From assembly GCA_000320545.1 (NCBI GenBank), contig ADNK01001083.1:62001-126000 (forward strand): 64,000 nt of DNA, in the 5' to 3' direction. The translations under genes were made by a program, and so were the position numbers. Below, piece after piece: positions 53,414-64,000 of this stretch (position 1 is its first letter; each line of letters begins with the position of its first letter). The notes below the pieces were generated by a model, which searched no databases, was not told the origin of the DNA, and worked only from the letters and a program-made list of their open reading frames with translations. Source of the stretch: Bigelowiella natans CCMP2755. Its lineage: Eukaryota > Protista > Cercozoa.

Positions 53414-56400
53414 TCATGGTGAATCATCAACTGGTGCGGCGCTTGCGTGAACGGGCTCCAATGCCCAGATTTCATCGTCCTCTTCGTCGAGTGCAGCTAC
53501 AAAATTGAAATTGTCAACATCCCTGTAATCATGATCGAGTAGATGTTGAATCTGTGCGTCATTATTGAGAAGGTCTGAAAGAATTAGTTTCTTGGAGTCC
53601 CCCAGCCTGTAACCCCTATATTTCCTAGCGTAGCCTATGCAGCAGCATGAACGAGCTAGGCAACCAAGGCTGTTTTCGTTTGTTTTCAGGCGAAGATGAT
53701 GTTTGAACAAATCTGAGGTTTGAGGAAGGGCAGCAGCGACTTGCGTAATGGACACCTAATTTCGTATTCACAAGCTCCAGTTATATTTGAATACTGTTAT
53801 AGCGAATTCAATTTATTCTAAATTCCTGTTGCATTCTGAGGAAATGATCATATCCCTATTATTTTTTTCAAGTGATTCACCGGCAATCCATGCTTGAACC
53901 AGGATTTCCATCGATTTGCAAAAGCCTCCCGCTCGCTCTGGAAGCTGATCATTTTGCGGAGTAGAAGCTTCATTGGATCCAGTATTAGGAGCGAGATACC
54001 TATGTAAAGAATTTGTTTAAAGTTTGCTTAGATATTCATTGACTTATCAATATATATTCCAAAAAGCTACGATTCCTTTGATAAAGGGATTAGTCACTTG
54101 AAAGTCTATTCTCAGCATATTTAGGACGAATTCTTCACATTCCTTGCTATTGTTGGCAGAAAAACAAACTTTAAATAAATTTTAAGGAATACCGAAGCCA
54201 AACAACCAGACGAAGAGGAACTCAAGAGCTCCGAATTCGTACACGTAATATGCTCCGGCCGCGAAGAAAACCAAGGTTGCCAGAAGAAATATACTCACAA
54301 TTAACTTGCCGAACCCCTTCATCATCTTCACACCATGTATTAAGAGGGGGGTGGGGAGGACATGACTATCAATGCATGATTAGGGGGAATCACTCTCTTA
54401 TACAATTTAAATTTTTATGTTCTTCACCGCTCTTGCAACTCTATTTTGACAGCATCCTGCTTCGAGGAGAAGGCGCTGAAACTCCTGATAAACTATCCCG
54501 ACGACAGCAACGACGATGGTCTTCAATAAGACCTGGAAGTGTGCATAATATAGACATTTTCGAACTAAGTCAACGAATTAATTATCAAACATGGAAATTC
54601 GAAGTTCTCTGCTGGGAAAATATGATATAAGGGTAATATGGAGAATGAAAATTGATAAATTAGTTTTAACTGCTACTAACAACTAACGTTGATTTCAAAG
54701 AACTCCGCGGCCGCCGCAAGGAAGAATATGAAAGAAGTAGTATTCACAAAGACAACTGTCCGGTAAGGGAGCTTGAAAGGATGCTTCTCGTGAGCTGCGA
54801 AGAAAGACAGGAGTTCGCTCTCCTTAACAAATATGTAGCTTTTTGTCAAAAAGTATACAAGATACATATATTGGCAATACCTGTAAGAGATGAGCAAAGA
54901 AGCAGTTCCTACGACAAATACACAAACAGTCATAAACTATTGATATATGTCCTGTTGTAGCTGAACATTTGTATTGGTTTATACAAGTACCAAAAAGTCC
55001 CGTCCGTATCCGGCAAGCCGTATGCGCTCTGTTTTGCTAAGAGGTCGAACTTCAAACTCTTCAAAATATATCTAAACAGTACAAATGAAAGAACAATGTA
55101 GAAGGATTAATATCGATTAGAAAACTGTCTTCGGTCAGTGTGAAGGACAACAATCCTCATTTTTTTACGTTAAAAGTAAGATGATCTTGTTTTGGTAGAA
55201 TATGGACATCTCATTCGAAAATGTGTACGTCTAATATATCTAAAACTTAATGGTAATCAATTTCTGAATACTTTTCCCTGAGGCCTTTTCGCATCCTATT
55301 CTGCTTCTTCTCCGTCTTAGATAGTTTCTGCAAAAGTGATTTGCGTAAGTTGGTAGTAACCTTGCCAGCATGGATACTTCACTTCATGAACGACATTATG
55401 TATTTTCTGTACCACCTTTTTTCCATAATCAATGGAGCGTCCCTCTCTTGGTGTGTAGACCTTGGTTGATCTCTGGGATTCCAGTTCTACTAGATATTAG
55501 GTAAACGCGCGTAAACAATCGAAAATTTGCATAGCATTTTACACAAGATAACCAGAGCCAAAACTTCCGCGAGACTTTCTTAATCCGGTTGATCCCGTTG
55601 TGCTAGCAATGCCAATTGCTCCACTACTTGGATGACCGCTATTTCGGCTTTCCCGCACTGCTCGACGTTTACCAGCCTGTGTGTTTCCAAAGACATCGTC
55701 AATGACGCTTCAAGTGTGCTGTCGCAAACGAGCGATTCTAAAAATCCTTTCAGTGCAAATTACACTTGATACATTCGTAAAATTGTACCACTTTTGGTGA
55801 ATCGGAAAGACTCCCTCCGCTTGGCTTGCGGGGTCCAAACGTTTTTGGCTCGCTTTGGGTCGCGTTTAGAGCAGTCTATGCATTTAGATATTATACATGA
55901 GGAAGCAATATTGTAAAGATATTTTGTCCACCTTGCTTGGAGAATTATCGTTGGAGTGGTTCTTTATTCCAGTCGGTGTTTTCACGTCATTGGCCAGCAT
56001 AATTTGCTCTGATCTCAAGCTGTGGTTGAGAGATACCTCGCCCAATGCCTCCTTCTGGCGACTGCGCTCGCTCGCTTCGAAAATCTCTTCAATGGACGGA
56101 AAAGTTCAACGAATCAGGGCAGCGGCGACATCTATTAAACGATTGTACATACCTGTATCGGCATTCGTGAGTCTCATGGAGCTCTTGCTTTCTTCCACCG
56201 CCGAAGCCATCGATGGTCCATACTCTAATTTGGATGGTGTATGAGTTAGGATTAATTCTTTGCTCCAGGTCAAAGAGAGAATGCTATGAATCACGTTTCA
56301 CGGGCTCAGGTTTCTTGGCCATCCTGACAAACTAGAATCTTCCCTGGTTGTCCTCGCAGGCCCGGATTGAATTTTGAGTTCACAGTGACGAACTTGGATT

Positions 56401-56492
56401 CGGAAGACCTCGGACACATGGGGTTTGGACAACACGACGAGTGATGAGGACGCGTCGCACAGAGAAGGGTGAGAATTGGTACTCAAGCTCAT
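53414..56492 (-). CDS. Hypothetical multi-pass membrane protein with a long Ser-rich disordered N-terminus
   Basis: Stitchable exons, including the hydrophobic ESELLSFFAAHEKHPFKLPYRTVVFVNTTSFIFFLAAAAEFF and VLLKTIVVAVVGIVYQEFQRLLLEAGCCQ. The terminal exon is ORF 53414-53755. Introns are short and free of microsatellites. Confidence 0.55.
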
Positions 56493-57074
56493 GCCTCGAT
56501 TTGCAAGCAAACTTATGCCTCTAATTTAGTGCCACGGTAAAATACAGTGCGAACTATACATGCGACATGTCTAAATTCATAAATGGGTGATAAATGGTCG
56601 GCGTTTTAGCTCAGAAGGTCGGAAGATTTTGGATTTTCGGATGGTGTGTGATTTGGGTAGTCATCCGTGGTAAAAATAGGGCACATTTTAGGATGCGACA
56701 TAGATTTTCTCTGATCCCAATTTGCCAAAAAGTCAACGAATATATGTCATAAATTCAGGCCATTTCTTATCTGTGACCGCAGTTTTGTAACGTCAGTCTC
56801 TAAGCACTTGTAACGCCGCAAAGCATGTCGTCTCTGACGTAATACAGAACTCGATAGATGTTTATGGGGTAGTAAATGGTCTAAAGAAACTTGTTCAAAA
56901 GCAATATTTTTATAGAACAAATTGTCTATGAATAAGAAAGTAATGTTATGGTATTTTATTGGATATTTTAGGATAGCCAGTAGAAAGGATTCCTGAGACT
57001 CGTCGCCCCCATCCCTCAATCAACGCCATTCGTTTACGACAGCGTGTTATAAGGGCCGACTTTGCTCACAGGGA

Positions 57075-57727
57075 ATGCTAGCATTCCAATCCATGAACGG
57101 TGCTGGTTCAGCATGGGGTTCTGTACTTACGGCGCTGCTTTGTTTTTTTGCACAATTACCACTTGTGAGTGGAAACGAGCAGTGCAACATGCTGTGGGTG
57201 TTGGGGGGGATGACAGATGACTTTGAGACCATCCGAAGCGTTCGACATCGTAAAGGTCGATCACTAAATCAAACGTGGCTTTATGATCCGATTGCCAAAC
57301 AGTGGAAGGAAGGCCCGACGATTGAGGTAGAAACTACATAGACAGCATGAAAATCATAACTCGAAGTGTTAATTGCTGTGAGTTTCATGAGCGTGTATAC
57401 TTATCATTCGACCGCCCGATCCTTCATCTCTTTTTTTACATTTAAAAAAGGGGGGCACCTTCGGAGCTGCGGGTGCTGTGATCGGAGGCTCGCTTTACAT
57501 GGTGGGAGGGCGTAATGACTCGGAACACAACGCAGAATATACCCGTACAATCTCCCGATTTTCTGCCAAAGGATACTATGTTCATGAAGTAGGAAAATTG
57601 TGTTCCAACATGAGCGGAGAAAACATTGGAGATGCCTGGTGATAACATTTAAGAAAATACGGAGATGTTAGGATATTGGTGTGTCGTCACGAGTTAATGT
57701 GTGTGTGTGGGGGTGTAAGTGTAAATA

Positions 57728-57768
<41 letters not shown>

Positions 57769-57789
57769 ATTAAAGCTACATATATATAA

Positions 57790-57852
<63 letters not shown>

Positions 57853-60044
57853 ATGACTATGAAAGGTACATTCATCCCGATACACAGTCTCCAACAACAC
57901 AGCGGCCAACAACAACCGCCCCAGTCGCAGAAGCTGTCACATATGCTCCTACATCCTCCCCAACAATGTCTCCAACACGTCCCAGAGCCATGAATCTTGC
58001 TTTAGGTAAACCAACAGAGCAGAGTGACACGTATCCAGGAAACGGCGGCGTATCATCGAGAGCTGTCGATGGCAACGTAAATCCTGATTGGGGTGGATCT
58101 TCCTGTACGCACACCCACGTCATCGATCCATCTTGGTGGCGAGTTAATCTCACTGCTGTACACCCTATTGCTGTTGTTCGTATCTTGAATCGAAGAGATT
58201 GTTGCTGGGATCGTCTACAGTTCTTCGAGGTGAGAATTAGCAACAGCTCTGCGCAAAATGCGAGTTACCATACTTGCAATCCAGGGGGATACCCTTACGA
58301 CATCCCTGCGGGAGGCTGGGCTGAGGTTACTTGCGGTGGAGTCGCAGGTGAGCTCGTGACTATCGTAAAGCCTCAATTCAACGGAGCGTTAACACTCTGC
58401 GAGGTCGAGGTTTATAACACTTCGGCGGCATCGTTGACGGTGCACCCAACCGTCTGCCCAACAACGCTCGCTCCCTCCACTCGCATACCAACGACCGGAA
58501 TGCCCACCACGTTGTCCCCGATAACACTTTCACCGACAACAATCGATTCATTGTCGCCATTCATCGTGTCCGAAGATCAATGCCGTCGGGGTTGCGATGA
58601 TAACCCCTTGTGTAAGCTCTACCTCTGGAGGAACGACGACTATGCTGCGCACTGCATTCACTACTCAAATTGCACGGCAATATTAGACTACACAAATACA
58701 AGCCATCCCATCACCAATGATCCAAGAAGCTCGGTGAAGCTATACAAGAAGGTCGGCAACGGATGGAAAAGCCTCGCGGACATGAGTACACCACCTGCAG
58801 ACTATCAATGCGGAGCAGGTGATAGAGGAGGGGCCATGTTTCCAAAGTTTTCCAAAAAAATCCAACACACTAGTGACTAAAATTGACTGAGTTGGCATGA
58901 AAGCATATTTCCCCCTCTGTATTCAGGACGCTATCGCCACGCGGCTGTCGCCATTGGACATGACCTATATGTTATCGGAGGGACGTGTCTTGTAGGCCCT
59001 ATCACATACGGCCTCAGAAACCTCAAATCGATGATAGTTTACAGGTAATTTGGAAGAAGAAGAAGAAGTAGACATCGAGATACAAATAATGTGTGTTTAT
59101 GAAATGCAATAATTCACAAATACATAAAATAAGCGTATATACGATGAACTCAACGGGATAAATTTAGAATGGTAATTAAGTATCTCTCTCTCTCTCTCTC
59201 TCTCCCTCTCTGTGTGTGTGTGGGTTGGCAAGAATAATTGAAAACATAATATACCCATGCTGTTACAGTGCGGCGAATGGAACATGGTCTGATTCCGTTG
59301 CCATGCCCGAAGCTCGGGCAGAAATGGCTGTTGCAGTCGTCAATCAAAGAATATATGTTATGGGTGGAAACTCTGATGGTCTGACAGTGAACGGTCTTCA
59401 GACATCTCTTATCTACGACACCACAACAAAAGCATGGTCCACAGGACCGAATCTCGATCGAGAACGCTTCAGTGCAGCAGCGGTATGTGTTCTGCTCTCG
59501 TAAGACACTGGTTTCTGATTGCTTTTCGTGCTAAATGTAATGAAATCTATGCCGTCCCCCGTAGGTTGAGTTGTATGGCTACATATACCTAATTGGAGGC
59601 CGGGGTGGTACCAATGCATACACCTGGGAAGGGACTTTAGATTCGATGATCGTCATTAACCCTGGCACCAATACTTATACAACGGGAACGCCGATGCTGA
59701 AACGTCGTTGCCAGCATTCTGCAGCTTCTGTGGCAGGGAAAATCTACGTTATTGGGGGGTATTTATGCCTAAATTTCGTTTTATGTCAGTAGCTGTAGAG
59801 TTCGTTTGAATTCGTGAAAGAACTCATATAAGCTTAGTTACTTCATAGAGTAATAATTTATATTTTCATCATTCTTATTTTCATTAGGTATGAAGAGGAT
59901 TCAGTGGAGGTATATGATCCTCTTTCATTAACCTGGGCATTCCTACCTCCACTTCCTTCGGGTGTAGTCACTCTCAGCGTGGCGATCTCCTTCCCAACCT
60001 CAATTGCTAACGCAACTAACACCTGCCCTTTCACGCTTCCATAG
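57075..60044 (+). CDS. Secreted six-blade Kelch protein carrying an F-type (fucolectin) domain, PT-rich linkers and a PAN/apple-like Cys module
   Basis: Signal-peptide-like SVLTALLCFFAQLPLVSG. Six GG blades: LWVLGG, LYMVGG, LYVIGG, IYVMGG, IYLIGG, IYVIGG. The lectin domain NLALGKPTEQS..AVDGN..CTHT..WWRVNL..NRRDCCWDRL..LTLCEVEVY has an exact HX26RXDX4R motif. Stop TAG at 60042-60044. Confidence 0.9.
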
Positions 60045-61875
60045 ATTGCACACGCATTCTAAAGGAAGCCATGCGTAATTTATTTCGAGGAGATGTGCAC
60101 CACCTGCACATGTCGGCAGGTGTTGACAATCATCGTTATTTGTCATTGTTATCGTGTGATGCAATGTCTCATTTTGAAAGAAACATCTAATCAAATGCAT
60201 GCGCATGATTTCATGCCATTGCGATGGTGTCTAGAAGTGCGCCTACATGTAGCTAGATGGCTAGCTTGTTCAGTTTGGGGGAAGCTTTATTGTCATTAAA
60301 ACCAATTCCGTTTCCCTTATCGATATCCTTTTATTCTCCTGGCCGACTTGTTCGTACAGGCGCCGCCCATGTGGTTCATGCTAGCATGTCGTACATCACA
60401 CATCATCATGCCGCACCCACGTAGCCGCAGGATTTGTCTAGTCATGTCTCGCTCTGCGCATGCTGTGCATGATGATGTCTGCACACTAAGCTTACAATAT
60501 GGACATGCGTATACATCATGTGCATCACATGTCTACAATTACAGACATACAATACGACGCACATGACACACATCACATTGCTGTGTCTGTTGCAAGATGC
60601 TCATCATGGACATGCAATGCGATGCACATGACACGTATCACATTACTGTGTCCATTATCACAGTACTCATTTGGCGAACAATCTAGACAATGACATGACA
60701 GCTGTGGGCATTCGTGCACACATGGCTAGACATGCTGTTGTCGATCACACATGCTAGCTAGCTAGCATCGCATGCGTGCATCGCATGTGTGTGCTCGATC
60801 ACACATGTCCAGATGTGCACGTCTAGTAATCATAGTAGACGCAGGCACACGTACGCACATGTGATCGATGCGCACGCACACAGGGACATGTGTCCCTCTA
60901 GCCCTACTTTGCATTGATTGTCGATCACACATCAATTTTCAGACGTCCGTCTGTGTGCATGATCGTTTTGCAGTCGCATGGGTGCATGCCTCAATCAGCG
61001 CGCGTGCATTGGAGCAATCGCGCATCGTGCAGCTTCGTTTTCCCGCTTCGCCTGACAAGTCCTGGGTCGATCGCTGACAGCGGACTACTTGACCATCCGT
61101 GTCTCCATCGCCTGCCTGCATGTTCAATCCATGCATTTGCTTTGCCATGCACGCAAAATTCAACCCAGTGATTCCAACATTGCGACAATTTCCTGTGCAA
61201 GGAAAACCCAACTTGGACTCTGGCCTTAGCCTGTTTCGAGTGACATCTTTCTTCGAAAGTAGTCTGGATGGATTATGCAAAATGTCTTCATTCATTGATT
61301 AAATGACTGACATTCTTTGTCTAATCACGAGTAATTCCCACCTAGACTGCTGGAAAGCCGAACGGCCCAATACAGCATTTGAGTAAGTTCCGCCAGTCCT
61401 TCTCCCGGATACATGTACACTTAAACGACTCTTACACCATGATTTTATCTACGACATCATATTTTTGTTCCATATCGGGATAAATCCGCTTGTTTTCCTC
61501 CAATATCATTCTCTCCTTTGCCCAAGTTTAGTCTGACTGTAGATTCCCCTCCAGAAAGTCCCCCACCTTCAGGAATAGCTAGCTGGACGCACGCGCACAC
61601 ACACACACACACAAACACACACCTACTGGTTGATGGGCTTCTCGCCATCCTTAACCGTGGCTATCACCGTGGCAGTGTTTCTCACTGTCGCAGATGCCTC
61701 GGTGTCTTCTCGATCGTTGGTGAAAGTCTCCCCACTTTCGATCTCCCAGCGACAACCATTACATGTTCGTCGCCAGGCTATTACAGAGTACACGTGGGAG
61801 CCTAAGCCATTGCTGCATACCGGCCGGTGGCATCGAACAGACGAGAAACGAAGAGAAGGGTGGATAGTTGAAACT

Positions 61876-63430
61876 ATGGCCTCGGCCATGGAAATGAAGC
61901 CGGACGGTGTACCATCGATCAAGCCGAGGGAAACGCCGTAATAATATCTATTTTTTCCCGTTCTCCAACCCCCCATCGATCGAACGAAGGATAATCAAAA
62001 GTTTTATTTCATCTTCTTCGTACTATTTTTATAACCACTTTAGACTGCCGAAGAAACAGATGATAGCTGTTTATGCGGCGCAAGTGTGCGAGGCATTGCA
62101 GGTGTCCACACACGCATGTTATGACGACACAAAATCCTCCCTCATCACCGAGATCGTTGCATCACTTTCGGATCTTGAATCATATCTTGTATGTGTGTGT
62201 GTGTGTGTGTGTGTTAAAGTGGAGGCACAATTTTTAACACAAGTAGCCTTCTCCAAACGTAATATTCTGCATTCCCCATCCTCATCGTGCAGATCACGTT
62301 CTTGTATCCTTTCTTGGTGAATATGGTGGAGGATTTCCGGGTAGCCAAGACAACGATAGAGGTGATCTTTGTTCTGGCATTCGCATAAACTGCATTTACA
62401 ATAATATCCATACGACGATAAAGAGTTAACTAAGTTAGGCCATCGATAAAAGTAGATGATAGGATACCAAATCGTAATCCTGCATAATTCCACATCACGG
62501 CATGATGATCGGCTCAACAACACTCATTTGTGTCGTTTGTCTTGCTACCCCCTCCCTCGCTGCAGGTCTCAAAATATGTCGGAGCATTAGGTTTGTGCTA
62601 AGCGCCTATTTCTCCCAACATTACACAGTCGCGAACAATTGCTGGAACAAAGATTCTATTTTTGCATAAGATTATTCAACGGACTACTCATATACGGATA
62701 ACTTTTCTCCTGTAGTATAGCCATCCGACATGTCGTGAAAACCATCAATTCCTTCGTGTTTAATCGTGCGCATATTACTTGGCCAATGTAGGTGTAAGCA
62801 TGCATGATTTAAGCTCATTGTTCACCGCTGAAACTTGTGTAATTATCGCTTTTGTAGGAGCCAGCTTCTCGGCCGCTCAGGTGCTTATACTGCCAAAGTT
62901 TGAACTCCGCCTTCTGCGGTTCTTTGGTTACTTAATAATGATTCGATTGGCTTACGAAAAGCTTGAGGGCATTGTGGGGTGTGATAGGAGCTCATTGCAC
63001 AGCGTGTTATGTTCTCTCGTCTCACCCAGTCGAGAAAAACGTCCATTCAACGTGTAACATGTTATGGGATGAGCGCCGGGGGGGCAGTGGGGAGGGAGGG
63101 GCAACGGAGATGATGCAGACCGTGTGATATGGAGTCTTATTTGTTACTATTTACTCTAATTCTATCTTGTGAGAGAATCGAGAATAATCCGAATTTCTCA
63201 TCATTCTTTGACAGGCTTGAAACCTTATATTTTGCTTGTAAATACGCATATACAGCTCTTCAGCTCGTTCCTTTGGGGTAGGCTATCAGATAAAATTGGG
63301 AGGAAAAAGTCGATTATAATCGGCATTTCAGGGACGATTCTAAGGTTTAACTGAATATAAGAAAAATTTGATGGCACTAATCAAAAGGAATAACTTCGCT
63401 TTATTTTACGTCGTAAGGGACAATGGTGCA

Positions 63431-63503
<73 letters not shown>

Positions 63504-64000
63504 ATTATACACATACTACACTATACTGATGAGCTGATAATCCTCGCATTATGATATTACTCAGCTTGGTGATGTTCGGCACAGCTAGCACCTTCCAAGG
63601 CGCTCTTCTGGGTGAGACGAAGCTATTCTCACTGATATTTATGGAATAAGTGTAAGCTTATATGCTTTGGTGTGTTGGCAATTTGGTTGATGGTTTGCCA
63701 GCGCGGATTTTCTGTGGACTGACCAACGGGAATATAGGCGTGTTGAAGTCGTTTGTCACGGAGATCACCGATGGTGAGGCCACCAAACTATCTTGATATT
63801 AGATTCTTATTAGGAAGTTTCGCCGATGATTTAAATGCGAGGAAGTGCTGTGAGGCAAGATATGAAGGATTTTTTTGTCCAGTCCTGCAGTAGAAAGGAA
63901 CTCATCGACGTTTGAAGCACAAAGATTTCGTTCAACAGCAGTCTTAGTGTCAAGGAATATCTTGGCCTCTCTCTCTCACTCTCTCTCTCTCTCTCTCTCT
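61876..64000 (+). CDS. Major facilitator superfamily transporter (DHA1 / ZIFL1-like), runs off the window end
   Basis: ETP|LPKKQMIAVYAAQVCEALQ|ITFLYPFLVNMVEDF; GASFSAAQ|LFSSFLWGRLSDKIGRKKSII (MFS motif A); ARIFCGLTNGNIGVLKSFVTEITD. Confidence 0.9.

Noticed and set aside
56085-56152. Apparent in-frame TGA (56106) in the membrane-protein gene
   Set aside because: It is removed by a phase-compatible GT-AG intron (ag|gtatgt...ttgaag|ag).
61320-61860. Possible minus-strand gene around the (CA)n tract at 61590-61622
   Set aside because: No phase-consistent, stop-free exon chain or recognisable motif could be built.

Overview
Gene-dense, intron-rich eukaryotic nuclear DNA with the standard genetic code, GT-AG introns and many intronic (TA)n/(CA)n/(GA)n/(AGT)n microsatellites. 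It looks like a protist; a chlorarachniophyte or rhizarian origin is only a guess. Manual exon stitching gives about 15 genes in order: histidine acid phosphatase (-), DUF1445/D-glutamate-cyclase-like (+), Yippee-type zinc domain fused to a beta-lactamase-family serine hydrolase (-), lipid-anchored roadblock-like protein (+), Kelch-BTB-BTB LZTR1-like (-), ankyrin protein (+), M28B glutamate carboxypeptidase II-like with a C-terminal membrane anchor (-), SNM1A/PSO2 nuclease (+), PTC7-type PP2C (-), a hypothetical gene (-), an ankyrin pseudogene (+), a 7TM gustatory-receptor-like (pseudo)gene (-), a multi-pass membrane protein (-), a secreted Kelch propeller with an inserted F-type lectin (+), and an MFS transporter (+, truncated by the window end). 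The most striking signal is not a gene. Sharply bounded tracts at about 49.0-50.8 kb, 52.3-53.3 kb and 60.1-61.3 kb have lost most TpA dinucleotides and are rich in CpA/TpG. This looks like a context-specific, double-stranded T:A->C:G hypermutation ('reverse RIP'). It appears to have broken a splice site, replaced Tyr with His/Cys in two genes, and it surrounds a tRNA-derived element. Exon boundaries and counts were read by eye and are approximate.
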